Notes under the pieces: generated by a model | Databases searched by the model: none | What the model saw: only the letters and a program-made list of their open reading frames with translations | Told to the model about the DNA's origin: nothing | Program-made: the position numbers and the translations under genes | From: Mobula hypostoma | Taxonomy: Eukaryota | NCBI RefSeq assembly: GCF_963921235.1 | Contig: NC_086097.1 | Coordinates: 213,964,001-214,028,000, forward strand | Reading direction: 5' to 3' | Length of the DNA stretch: 64,000 nucleotides | Part shown: positions 51,972 through 64,000 of the stretch, one piece after another | How positions within the stretch are numbered: the first letter of the stretch is position 1 | Layout of the letters: every line of letters starts with the position of its first letter

Positions 51972-53976
51972 ACAACACACATCGAAGTTGCTGGTGAACG
52001 CAGCAGGCCAAGCAGCATCTCTAGGAAGAGGTGCAGTCGACGTTTCAGGCCGAGACCCTTCGTCAGGACTAACTGAAGGAAGAGTGAGTAAGAGATTTGA
52101 AAGTGGGAGGGGGAGGGGGAGATCCAAAATGATAGGAGAAGACAGGAGGGGGAGGGATGGAGCCAAGAGCTGGACAGGTGATTGGCAAAAGGGGATACGA
52201 GAGGGTCATGGGACAGGAGGTCCGGGAAGAAAGACAAGGGGGGGGGACCCAGAGGATGGGCAAGAGGTATATTCAGAGGGACAGAGGGAGAAAAAGGAGA
52301 GTGAGAGAAAGAATGTGTGCATAAAAATGAGTAACAGATGGGGTACGAGGGGGAGGTGGGGCCTTAGCGGAAGTTAGAGAAGTCGATGTTCATGCCATCA
52401 GGTTGGAGGCTACCCAGACGGAATATAAGGTGTTGTTCCTCCAACCTGAGTGTGGCTTCATCTTTACAGTAAAGGAGGCCGTGGATAGACATGTCAGAAT
52501 GGGAATGGGATGTGGAATTAAAATGTGTGGCCACTGGGAGATTCTGATTTCTCTGGCGGACAGAGCGTAGATGTTCAGCAAAGCGGTCTCCCAGTCTGTG
52601 TCGGGTCTTGCCAATATATAAAAGGCCACATCAGGAGCACCGGACGCAGTATATCACCCCAGTCGACTCACAGGTGAAGTGTTGCCTCACCTGGAAGGAC
52701 TGTTTGGGGCCCTGAATGGTGGTAAGGGAGGAAGTGTAAGGGCATGTGTAGCACTTGTTCCGCTTACATGGATAAGTGCCAGGAGGGAGATCAGTGGGGA
52801 GGGATGGGGGGACGAATGGACAAGGGAGTTGTGTAGGGAGCGATCCCTGCGGAATGCAGAGAGAGGCGGGGAGGGAAAGATGTGCTTAGTGGTGGGATCC
52901 CGTTGGAGGTGGCGGAAGTTACGGAGAATAATATGTTGGATCCGGAGGCTGGTGGGGTGGTAGGTGAGGACCAGGGGAACCTTATTCCTAGTGGGGTGGC
53001 AGGAGGATGGAGTGAGAGCAGATGTACGTGAAATGGGGGAAATGCGTTTAAGAGCAGAGTTGATAGTGGAGGAAGGGAAGCCCCTTTCTTTAAAAAAGGA
53101 AGACATCTCCCTCGTCCTAGAATGAAAAGCCTCATCCTGAGAGCAGATGTGGCGGAGACGGAGGAATTGCGAGAAGGGGATGGCATTTTTGCAAGAGGCA
53201 GGGTGAGAAGAGGAATAGTCCAGATAGCTGTGAGAGTCAGTAGGCTTATAGTAGACATCAGTGGATAAGCTGTCTCCAGAGACAGAGACAGAAAGATCTA
53301 GAAAGGGGAGGGAGGTGTCGGAAATGGACCAGGTAAACTTGAGGGCAGGGTGAAAGTTGGAGGCAAAGTTAATAAAGTCAACGAGTTCTGCATGCGTGCA
53401 GGAAGCAGCGCCAATGCAGTCGTCGATGTAGCGAAGGAAAAGTGGGGGACAGATACCAGAATAGGCACGGAACATAGATTGTTCCACAAACCCAACAAAA
53501 AGGCAGGCATAGCTAGGACCCATACGGGTGCCCATAGCTACACCTTTAGTTTGGAGGAAGTGGGAGGAGCCAAAGGAGAAATTATTAAGAGTAAGGACTA
53601 ATTCCGCTAGACGGAGCAGAGTGGTGGTAGAGGGGAACTGATTAGGTCTGGAATCCAAAAAGAAGCGTAGAGCTTTGAGACCTTCCTGATGGGGGATGGA
53701 AGTATATAAGGACTGGACATCCATGGTGAAAATAAAGCGGTGGGGGCCAGGAAACTTAAAATCATCGAAAAGTTTAAGAGCGTGAGAAGTGTCACGAACA
53801 TAGGTCGGAAGGGATTGAACAAGGGGGGATAAAACAGTGTCGAGGTATGCAGAAACGAGTTCGGTGGGGCAGGAGCAAGCTGAGACAATAGGTCGGCCAG
53901 GACAGGCAGGTTTGTGGATCTTGGGTAGGAGGTAGAAACGGGAAGTGCGGGGTGTGGGAACTATAAGGTTGGTCGC
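51972..53976 (-). mobile_element. Young 5'-truncated Penelope-like retroelement (RT + GIY-YIG + 3' hammerhead region)
   Basis: Frame open from ~53975: FYLLPKIHK, GRPIVS, DVQSLYTSIP, GVAMGT, FLRYIDD, YYKPTD. A frameshift near 52800, then GVIYCVRCS*CGLLYIGKT (TGA at 52631-52633). Confidence 0.95.
52035..52070 (-). ncRNA. Minimal type I hammerhead ribozyme motif, core intact
   Basis: Minus strand reads agtc-CTGACGA-agggtctcggcct-GAAA-cgtc-gact. Confidence 0.8.
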
Positions 53977-54439
53977 AGGTGATTATTGGAGTTTACTTTC
54001 ACCCACAAGATGTCACTGTTGAGCTTATAGTAATGTATTGTTGAGGACTTCAGAACACCACCCAGCAACATCAAGGACATTCTTCAAATATTTAATATTG
54101 AACAAAACAGTTGTATGAATTAGAGCTTCCATGATTTAAGTTCCACTCTTTGTTCCTTGATTTGAAGTTTTGGAGAGTATATATGTCAGAGTTATAAGCA
54201 ACCAGATAACAGATGTACTCAGTTCAAGATTTAGTCCAGCAATCCAAGTGGTTAAGTACTCACGAACTGATTTGGCTTCTCCACCTCTGCTTGTGGACTA
54301 GATAATGATTTTTATTCCAACCCTGCAATACAGCAAGAGCTGAAGATGTATGGGTCACTCCTTAGTATCAAAACATAAATCCTTTATCTTTCTTTACATT
54401 CTCCAATCTCAAGGGGTGGCCATGGCACCTGCATGGGCG

Positions 54440-54735
54440 CCATGGATACCTGGCACTTAGTGCGATGCTATTACAACTCGGAGCATTTTGGAGTTTGGAG
54501 TTCAATTCCGACACCTTTCTGTAAGGAGTCTCTGTACGTCCACGCCATGAAATGTGTAGGTTTTCCTGAGTGTTCTGGCTTCCTCTCACAGTCTAAAGAC
54601 ATACTGGGTAGGTTAATAGTTCATTGTTAACTGTCCCATGATTGGGTTAGGGTACAATCAGGGTTGTGGGCTTGCTGTGGTGACGTGGTTTCAAGGGCCA
54701 GAAGGGCCTACTCCACGCTGTACCAATAAATAAAT
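54440..54735 (+). mobile_element. tRNA-derived V-SINE-like SINE
   Basis: B-box-like ggagttcaattcc, core ggttttcctgagtgttctggcttcctctcacagtctaaagac, (aata)n tail. Confidence 0.65.
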
Positions 54736-56015
54736 ACATCGATACAAAATTCATAGAAATTAAGGCCTTTTGGCCCTGCATGTCCTTGCCAGCCAAAATA
54801 GCTGTAGGGTCAACTTTTCCTAGCTCTCTGCCTGAACGCTTGTAGGGTATGGTTCTTCAGGTGTTCATTCAGATGCATTTTAGATGTAATGAGGCTTTCT
54901 GCTGTCAACAACCTTTCAGATCCTCTGCATTCTTTAGGTGAAAATCTTTTCCTCTTCTTTAATTCTTACACAAATTAACCAGAAACATTGCCACTTGTAT
55001 CAACCTTGCTGCCAAATAAAAAACTGCTGAAGAGGTTTCTCACAATGAATGTCTAGCATTATAAATGGAAAGAAAGGAATATTAGGAGCCAGTAAATGCT
55101 TTAGAAATAATAGAGTAAAAAAAAATCGGCCCTGGTAGATTTTGCTTTCATTTTTCAGTTAATTGCGGTTTAAAGAAAGGTGATACCAATTTAACTACTT
55201 TTGAATATTGATCTATAATTGTCTTTATTATTTCTAAAAGATGATTCTTTTGGAAAGTTTAAGTTGGCTTAACTACAGTAATTAATTTTAATTACTGAAA
55301 TTAGCGTTTCCCAGTGTTACAAAATGGCAGGTTATTTTATACAAAGTCTTATCTTTTCCATTGAAGTCAATGTTTTAAACAGTACAAAATCTTTTGATAA
55401 CTTTCTTTGTTGAAATGTAGGTCACTTAAGGAAAAACATTATTTTGATCTGCTGAGGAAAGTTTGTCACATATAACATATGAATAAAGTTTTTTCAGGTT
55501 TCCAGGATGTGTGGATGAAGATGGACTAATTGTTTTTATTCATCCATGTTTGTAGCCTGGCAAAAAGCAATGAGTCTTATTTGAGAAATGGAATACGTTC
55601 AACTACAAATTTTAATGCCATGAACAGAATCAATGTTCTCCTGTTGGAACCTCCACTTTGGCAGTGAATAGGCTTAAAAATTATGAAGACAGAATTTCAA
55701 AAGGAATCAGCCAAGTCTGCAGTGTTTTATAGCTTCAATTACACAGCTTCATCTTAACAGGAATGATTTTCCTCTCGAAATAAAATCATTTCTTTCGTTC
55801 TTTCTATCCATCTATCTATCGATCCACAAATAACTTACTGGAAAAAACAATTCTGCACTTTACAAATGGTGATTATTGGGGTACATTGAGTTGTATTTAA
55901 TTAATTGAAAACATTTGTCTTTGTAGACCAATTAAAATTCAATTTGGCATAACTAATTTTTTAACTTACCTTAATTTTATGAATATTATTTTGAATTTCT
56001 TTCTTTTCATCCCAG

Positions 56016-56251
56016 ATTTTTCTTCATGGTAACAATTTGAACAGTCTTCACCAGCTTATCCATCCAGAATACCTGCCGTCAGAATTTGGAGGTACCCTAC
56101 CCCCATATGACATGGGAACTTGGGCACGAACACTGCTTGGTCCAGAGTACAATGATGACACTGAGTATACTTACAATTCGTACAACTCAATGCACATGAA
56201 AGACATGCTGGATGAACCAGAAAGCAATTGCTCTCCCAAGCATATGAAGAG
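56016..56251 (+). CDS. CLVS1: Clavesin coding exon 4 (236 nt, ends phase 2)
   Basis: Acceptor tttcttttcatcccAG. Translates [45 protein letters not shown]...NCSPKHMK(R). Donor AG|GTTTGT. GGTLPP, LLGP, CSPK and the exon length fit CLVS1 better than CLVS2 (recalled, not searched). Confidence 0.92.
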
Positions 56252-57249
56252 GTTTGTACAGTCTAATTACATAAATTATTTTATTAAATTTCTCTTCCAG
56301 CTCTCAAAATCTGCACTTACAGTTTTTCTGCATAATTTTCAATGCATGCTATTGTAATGTTAAATTAAATGTCACCAGTACTGTAATTTATTGACAAATA
56401 TATTCTGTGGAATAATCTTGAGGCGGCCAGTGTGGATTTATGCACTGATCTCAAGCTGATTGAGCCATACCAGCACTGATCTCAAACTGAGAGAGCTGGA
56501 CGACCTCAGTACCTGTTGCCAGCTGATCATTCTCATGCTGGAACTGAATGTGGGCAGGTGAGGATTAGATCAACCTTCTGTGTGAAGCCCTGCAGTCATT
56601 TTTCAGGTTTAAGCATAAAACACTGAGCAAACTCAGCTTACATGATCTGTATTGAATTCAGCATTGAATCACCATCTTCAGAAGAGAAAATATAAATGAA
56701 ATTGTAAAAATGCAGGTGGTCACAGGAACTTTATTTTAAAGTAGACTGCTACTGCTGTGATTAGCAACTCATCCCTGTTTTGGTAACCATTCTAGCAGCA
56801 CACCCTTCGGTGATATTTGAACGTCTCCATTCTGTCTTCTTACAACTCTCCAAGTTCACTAGTTGCTGTCTTTCTTCTAGTGACAAGACACTTGAAACAT
56901 CCTTCCTTGACAACTGTTTATTCTCCTTTAAACGCTTCTTATTGCTGCTCCATCTACTCAATCATCTCTTTAACTGGCACAGGGCCTGATTTAATTTGGT
57001 AGCAATCCTTCAAAGCATCCTACAGGCAAATAAATCCTGCCACATCCTGAGGTCTGCCATATGCATAGGGCATGTACACTCCAACATTATAGGAAGTGGA
57101 CAGTGATGTCAGAGCACACATAACATTATTTCTGATGTCACTTGCAATGAATTGCTATTAAGCACGGGGTGCGTGGAACATAAACACCGAAGCAGTTCAT
57201 AACCAAAGGATTGAGAGGTTCTTCAAGAATTAAATTGCCTAACCTAGTG

Positions 57250-57508
57250 GAGGAAAGTTTAGGAAAGATGTTGGAGGTAGATTTTCAACACAGAGGATGT
57301 TAATGCCAGGAATGCACTGCTCGGGATGACAGTAGTGGCTGATAAATCAGGGACATTTAAGAGACTCTCAGATAGACATATGAATGAAAAAAAAATGGAG
57401 GGTTATAGGCAACGTAGGAGGCAAAGGTTCTATTGATCGTGGAGTAGATTAGAAGGTCGACGCAACATCAGGGGCTAATAGTGGGCTCTATTGTTCCATG
57501 TTTTCTGT
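57250..57508 (+). mobile_element. CR1-type LINE 3' fragment, old
   Basis: Degenerate end of ORF2 (TFKRLSDRHM) and 3'UTR. Confidence 0.55.
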
Positions 57509-58011
57509 ACTTAGGGGCTGCTTGGCATCAAGGGTATTTAAATATCTGCTGATTGTTTTCTTTTCATCTTCAGTGTTAACTCATTAGATTGTCTGTTCTT
57601 GCAACCGTGGGGACAAGGCCTCTCCACGGATTTCTGCTTGCAAAATGTATTTTTTCTGCATGATCATAGTCTGTGGAATGGCGATAAACTGGCAATCAGT
57701 CCTCCCCACATGTCCACTTTGGTACTGTATTTGAATGTATTTGCTTTTGTCTTTATATGATGTTAAAGTTTATGCCTAATTTTGTTGTACTAATAGTACA
57801 GGAAGTGAGAAGTCTGTGTTACAATCCAGGTTAGAAATTCGCATGTTAATATAAATTATCAGTGCTACCACCTTGGGGTATCCGAAGTCAGATCCTGGAT
57901 GGTTTAGGATCAATTTGGAACAGCTGAAACTGTCAGTGTGTTGTTTTGATTTCAACGGAAATATGATCTGGACAGATATAGAATGGGCTGCCAAGGCACT
58001 ATTGTCTAAAG

Positions 58012-58091
58012 CAGGGGTTCCCAACCTGCGGTCCATGGACCCCTTGCTTAACGGCATTGGTCCATGGCATAAAAAGGGTTGCAAACCCCTG
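58012..58091. mobile_element. hAT MITE, same family as 43812-43888, opposite orientation
   Basis: TIRs caggggttcccaacc and ggttgcaaacccctg. 8-bp TSD gtctaaag/gtcaaaag. Confidence 0.85.
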
Positions 58092-58869
58092 GTCAAAAGT
58101 CAAAATTATGCCCTTCCTTATTGTTCAGTGGAAGCTCCTCATCTTTGCCCTGCCTGTTTCTGAACTAGTAATACCCGGGTAATCTCATGTTCAGGGCTGT
58201 GCATTAAAAAAAAACAGGTCCATTTCATGGTCACCCATCAATTACATCATGGTATGCATCACAGTTTACCACCTTACTGATTACTGGATGTGATTCTTCA
58301 GATATGCAGTTCATATTTCAGCTTATTGATCACTGCACTGCAAAAGCAATATCATATTTTAATTCAGCCCAAGCAGATCAGACCACATTTCATTTTCCCC
58401 AAGTGGCGAAAGCACCACAGCTGTCTCTGGCACTTAGCGAAGAATTAAATATCAACACTTGCATTTCAGTTGCACCTTTTATGATCTCAGGCCAGTTTTA
58501 CACTTGCACCTATAATCAATGTAGTAAGTGTAGCAGCCAAGTTGCGTGAATGATTCCCACAAGCAACAATATGAATTATTGATACTAGCTGTTTTTTTCC
58601 ATACTAAGTGGAATACTTACATTGCAAATAGAAATGTATCCCAAATTGGTTTCTGAACATATACATATATTTATTGCAAAGATGTGTGTTTTTGAAGGCA
58701 TACAGATGAAAAGTGATATTATTATTTATCAATTAGAATGAAATTCAGATAATTGGATACAAATCCATGAGTTGACATGCTAGGCGGTTGAAGGACAGGA
58801 ATATTAAGTGGAATTGTGTTTGAAATTTTGGAATTGGAATTAGTTTATTGTCATATGTACCCAAATACC

Positions 58870-59217
58870 TTGAAAAGTCTGGACAGAGTTGAAGTACGGA
58901 GGATGTTTGCAATAGTGGGAGTGTCTAGGACCAGAGGGCACAGCCCCAGAATAGAAGGATGTCCCTATAGAACTGAGTGGAGGAGGAATTTCTTCTGCCA
59001 GAAGGTGCTGAATCTGTGGAATTCACTGCCACAGACAGCTTTGGAGGACAAGTCATTCATAATAATTAAAGTTGATACATACATAATTAGTAAGGGTATC
59101 AAAGGTTATGGGAAGAAAGCAGGAGAGCAGGTTTAAGAGAAGAAATAAATCAGCCATCATAGAGTGGTGGAGACGCCTTAATGGGCCGAATGGCCTGCTT
59201 CTGCTCCTATATCTTAT
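58870..59217 (+). mobile_element. CR1-type LINE 3' fragment
   Basis: SRTRGHSPRI...NFFCQKVLNLWNSLPQ plus 3'UTR. Confidence 0.8.
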
Positions 59218-61589
59218 AGAGTGAAAAACTTGTCCCTCAAAATGCAAAAGCTTGTACAGTGAAAATTTGTGAAACCAGTTTGGATATCCTGAGGAAGGGT
59301 CATTAATCTGAAATATTTCCTCCACACAATTTCTTCCAAATGTGCTGAGAATTTCCACGATGTTCTAGTTCGACCTCATATCGTATGTCTGGCAGCCTTA
59401 GCAAGATGGAACTAATGTACTCAGGCTAGTCTAAGTACCAGTTGGAGTACATGTTAGCCAGCATATCATCTCTGTAGAGTTTGCTGAATAAATGGATTGT
59501 CAGTCAGTTAGTATGCAGACTCTCACAGGGTGATGATTACTATAATGTGAAATTTAACATCATTTCCAGTATGTTAAACAGAGTATTTTCATAATTTACA
59601 CTAAAGCTCCCATTCATGTAATCGTCCAATGTACTTGCTTGAAAAATAGCTTTACCTGTGAGAATAGGTAAGTCAATTTGTATTTTGTTTATTGGACATT
59701 TACTTACTTCATTGTAGTTGACTTTTAAGAGTAAGAGGTATCATATCCCCCACTAACATGTAAAACTATAATAATGTATTTGTCTTCTAATCAGAATTTA
59801 ACAAAACCGTTTTTAGATAATTGAAGGTAATTGCTTAAATTTTTTTTTCAGAATCTCACTTTGTGGAAAACAGATTGTTTCCTGGACACTGTAGTGAACT
59901 GATGGAACATGATTTTTAACTGCTGCTTCACTCTGAATGCCTTTTTACTTAATTAGGTCAACAGGAGGCTAGTGGTATTTTGATTAAATAGCACAGCCAG
60001 TATTGTTTGATTGTTGACTGTGTATTTTCCCGGAAGGCCCTGGGGTTTCTTTTATTCAAATCTGGAAGAGGCTCAGATATGATTTATTATTGATAAACAG
60101 ACTTAGAAAGGAAATCAGCCTAGAAATTGGACCCATTTGTCTATGTTTTTTATGTGGGACCTGAAAATAAAAGTAATTTTTTTCATTTCTTAGGTCATGC
60201 CGGCAATCAGTTCTGGGTCAATTAGTGACCATTGGGAAATTGTCCTGGGCACTTCCAGGCTTGATCCACACTAACACATCTGCCATTTGCCCAGCATCTA
60301 ACGTGCTTTCCCCAGGACTGAGCCCTCTGGCCTGCTGCTGAATGTCGATGATGACATTTCAGTGTTGAGGCCACCATGAATAAAGTGTATAGCAACAGTC
60401 TAATCAGATTAGCTTGCAATGGGCATGCAGATGTTTTAAAGGGGTAACGTTTCAAGTCAATCAAATCTTTAATCAGTCAGCATTGAAACATCTCTCATCA
60501 GCCCCAGATGAGGTTTGTTTAATGTCATTGCATCAACTGACCACTTCAGGAACACCATAGGCCACCACTGTCAAAATATCAGCAGCAGCTCAGATTTTCA
60601 TTCAAATCTTAACAATCTGATCTGGGCAATGTCATGTAATGATTCCCTGCACAGGCCTTCACTCCTCTCCTTATCCTACCCTTCCCAGATTTCAGCATAA
60701 CAGCGGACTCCTCCAGAACAGACACAATGCCGTACATTTTCCATCTTGCCATACCGCCTCCCTCATATTTCTCTGCCTCCTCTGAATATCCATCTCCTCA
60801 GATTCAAAAGGGAAGAGGGTGCAAAAAGTTCTGGCCTGCTATCCCTTAATTCCCTTAATACTGAAATTGAACTAAAAGATAATGAATTCTACAGTGTAAA
60901 GAAATTTAAGTGGGGATAACATCCTGAAAGGTACAATCAACTAAATGGACAAATAATAATAATACAGAGAAAGTACCATTAAGAGGGCTCCAAGTTATTA
61001 AGTAAATGCAAATCAAATGTGAGAAACTTATGGTGATCGTTTCTGAATGCTGTCCATAAGAATACGCTGGCTGCCTACGGATTGTGTATCAGTGTGTCCT
61101 GACCTTCTGAGCCTGTACAATGCTGTATTCTGGTAGGAAATGTTCTGCAGGTCAAGTACAAGCACAACTAACCTCTTTGAGCAAGGACACATCACTGAAT
61201 CTAAAGGCAGTTCTTCATCCTATAGAATTGGGGTTGAACACACTTTGTATCTGGTCCTTCACTTCTATGCCATTCACAGCTAGAACATCCTTGTGATATC
61301 CATTCATTGTCAGCATGAAGGTAAATGAAGAGGTTTCTTATTTAGTTACTATTACTATTTCCAATTAATTTATTTGATAGCAGCATGTTAACTGTGGCAA
61401 GGGCCTTCTGTTAGAAGGCTGTGAGATGAAGGCCTCTGTCTGTCTGCTGAGATTCATTTGCCACTCGTGGGTACGTTATCCCAAGAGGCAACTGTAGTGA
61501 TGAAGCTTCCATATCAATGGGAGCCCCATGGATGCACAAGTAAGTGCCACTTCAGTAATCCATGGGCTGGATGTATCTGGTGATGGGCA

Positions 61590-62025
61590 TGGGTGTCATT
61601 GGTGGGTATCCACCATCCAGCCCAGGCTCTCTTCTGGTTGCTGCCATCAGGAAGGAGGTCCAGGAGCTTTAAGCCCCACACCACCAGGTTCAGGAATAAT
61701 TATTACCCTTTGACCATCACCAGTGTAGATAACTTCACTCATCACTACTCTGAATTGAATTCACAACCTATTGACTCACTTTCAAGGACTCTGGAACTCA
61801 TGTTCTAGGTACTATTTATTTACTTATTTATTATTATTATTATTATTATTTGTATTTGCCCAAATTTGCACATGGGTTGCTTGTTAGTCTTTGTCTCTGT
61901 GACTGATTCTATTGTATTTCTTTGTTCTACTGTGAATGCCTGCAAGAAAATGAGTCTCAAGGTAGAATATGGTGATACTGTATATATGTACTTTGATAAT
62001 ATATTTAATTTGAACTTTGAACTCG
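61590..62025 (+). mobile_element. Non-LTR retroelement 3' fragment with (tttgaac)n tail
   Basis: Inverted homologue of 38145-38662. Confidence 0.6.
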
Positions 62026-64000
62026 AACTTTTGAAAAGGAATGGGTAGGATCCAGGACTATCTGGACATTTAAATATCAATAATGGATCAAGATAGTGAA
62101 CAATCCTATCCCTTTATTATTCATGGGGCAAGCACATTAAGAATGAGGTGCAGTTATGGTCATCATAATACAAAATAAATTATTGAAGGAGACAACTCAT
62201 TTGTACAAGGATTGAGGGATTGGTTTATGAGAAGAAGTTGTGTATAATTTGGTATGCTTTCTTAGAAAATTAAAGGATAAGAAGTAATGTGATTGATTTA
62301 CAAATTAAAGGGGGTGAAATAGCAGACTACAATAAGGTGATACACCCTTTTTCAGGACTCTCATGTTAGACCAAATTCAATGTTGATCTGTTGATCAGTG
62401 AGAGAATAGTCGATCCCTTGAGGCACAATGAAAGCAGGTAATATTGAATCAGAATCAGGTGTAATATCACTGGCATACGTCGTGAAATTTGTTAACCTAG
62501 CAGCAACAGTACAATGCAATACAATACATAATAATAGAGGGAAAAAAACAGAATTGCAGTAATTATATATGTGTGTGCAACTATATGTGTAAGCACATGT
62601 GTTTCTTGGATTTACTGTGTGTGGCCACAGGAAAATACATCTCAGGGTCACATATGGTAGCATATATATACTTCGATAATAATTTAAATTTTAACTTTGA
62701 AGAATAACATTAGCTTTTAAAATTTTAGCAGAGTTAGTTGGGCATGACTTGGTGCATTATTAAATCATACTGGATGTCTGTGATAAGCCTATATGTATCC
62801 AAGTTCTTACTCACTCTGTCTCATAATGACAGAGCCCAGGAATTTACTTCCAAGGGGAAGCCTTACAAGTCGACAATTCCTTCTTGGTTTCCTTCTCATC
62901 TTACCCTTTCTGAAGTCCCCAATCAGTTCTTTTTGGAGTCATTAAACTCCAAATTTGATGTTTTCAGAACCTGTTCAGTGATAAAAATATTTCAGCATGT
63001 TTGAAAGGAACAGACAACTTTGGAACAGGGATTTTTAAAAAAATATACCACTGATTTCCTCACCTTGTCTGGTAGAGGAATGGACTAATTACTGGAATTG
63101 ATTGCAATGATTTATCAATGACGTTACTTCCATTGTAGTGGGTTATTATCAGCTTGGAGATGGTAAACTAAACAGAGCTTGTTTCCGTCTAGCAGTTCCC
63201 ATTTCATGTGGAGTGGGATAGCTCAGTGTGTCCCAGTAACAGAATACTCAGTTATCATAGGTTATTTAGTAAAATCACCAAATTTAATCTGACAACCCAT
63301 TTAGGTGGACATCTGTAGAACTGCTCCCTGGTGAAAGTAATCTTATTTACTTGTTTTCATAAGTGCAAATTACCTATGCTTGATACATCTTGTCAGACTA
63401 CATGCAGATTTTGTTAACACTTGACAGATGGACCAAAACCTTTTATTCAGAAGCAGCAAATATTTTTAGAAGAACTTCTGTGTACATTTATATAATCACA
63501 TATATAACTAGCATTGTGTAAAGCAGGGACTCTAAGGGTTGGTGGAGGCAGAGTTAGCAGTCTGTACCTACATGTGTCAGCTTCTTGCTCTTTTTAGGAT
63601 GACTTCATTAAGGTACAAAAAGGAGAGCATTGCAGCCAGTGATGGATCAAGTCCAGCAGTAATGGTGTGGAGTTCGGTAGGGAGATATTACAGGAGATAA
63701 CTGCACTATGGAAGCAAATGGTGTGGTTGGCTTTAAACACTGTGGTGAACATTAGAAAACAAGGAAGGAGATGCACTTTTGTGATATTTAATTCAATTCT
63801 TTCTACATTGATTGTGGCAGAGAATTCTTCTTCTGATGAGGAAGAGTTATACTTGAAATTCTGCTAAAGGTGGGCATTGAATTGGTTTTCAAAGACTTGA
63901 GAAAAAAGGTAGAATGGAAAATGGAATAATAATGAGATAGAGAAAATAGCGTGTCTAGAAGTTTGTATATTCCATTCTGCCATATTAATAGGTCGTCAGA

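Noticed and set aside
59852..59894. ttttttttcAG acceptor as the final clavesin exon
   Set aside because: In phase it gives RISLCGKQIVSWTL*, with no similarity to the clavesin C-terminus.
60194..60341. Acceptor giving RSCRQSVLGQ... as the final exon
   Set aside because: Only a superficial QSV match; the rest is unlike the clavesin tail.
63598..63700. Acceptor tctttttAG near the window end as the final exon
   Set aside because: The in-phase peptide RMTSLRYKKE... is not clavesin-like.
424..63867. Most short ORFs in the six-frame track as genes
   Set aside because: They are off-frame or antisense readings of repeats, or chance ORFs with TTG/GTG starts. The recurring SPDEGSRPETST peptide is just the hammerhead sequence translated.

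Overview
Eukaryotic (vertebrate) genomic DNA, AT-rich and repeat-dense. The repeat families suggest a cartilaginous fish, probably a batoid (inference). The window holds one host gene on the + strand: a clavesin (CRAL-TRIO/Sec14 family), best called CLVS1. Four coding exons (13733-14121, 36843-37017, 47749-47859, 56016-56251) join in frame across GT-AG introns. The short terminal exon was not found and probably lies beyond 64000. A CpG-rich candidate promoter and 5'UTR exons lie at about 11.75-13.7 kb. The rest is transposon-derived: a decayed IR/DR-type Tc1, a deleted Tc1, a deleted hAT, two hAT MITEs, many CR1-type LINE fragments, a Tx1-like LINE, V-SINE-like SINEs, a complete but decayed Gypsy LTR element with CsRn1-clade hallmarks, and many Penelope-like element (PLE) fragments. 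The most notable signal is a dispersed set of minimal hammerhead-ribozyme motifs (CUGANGA...GAAACGUC) in the PLE 3' ends. Several of these occur as very short, TSD-flanked, partly fold-back insertions inside the clavesin introns.
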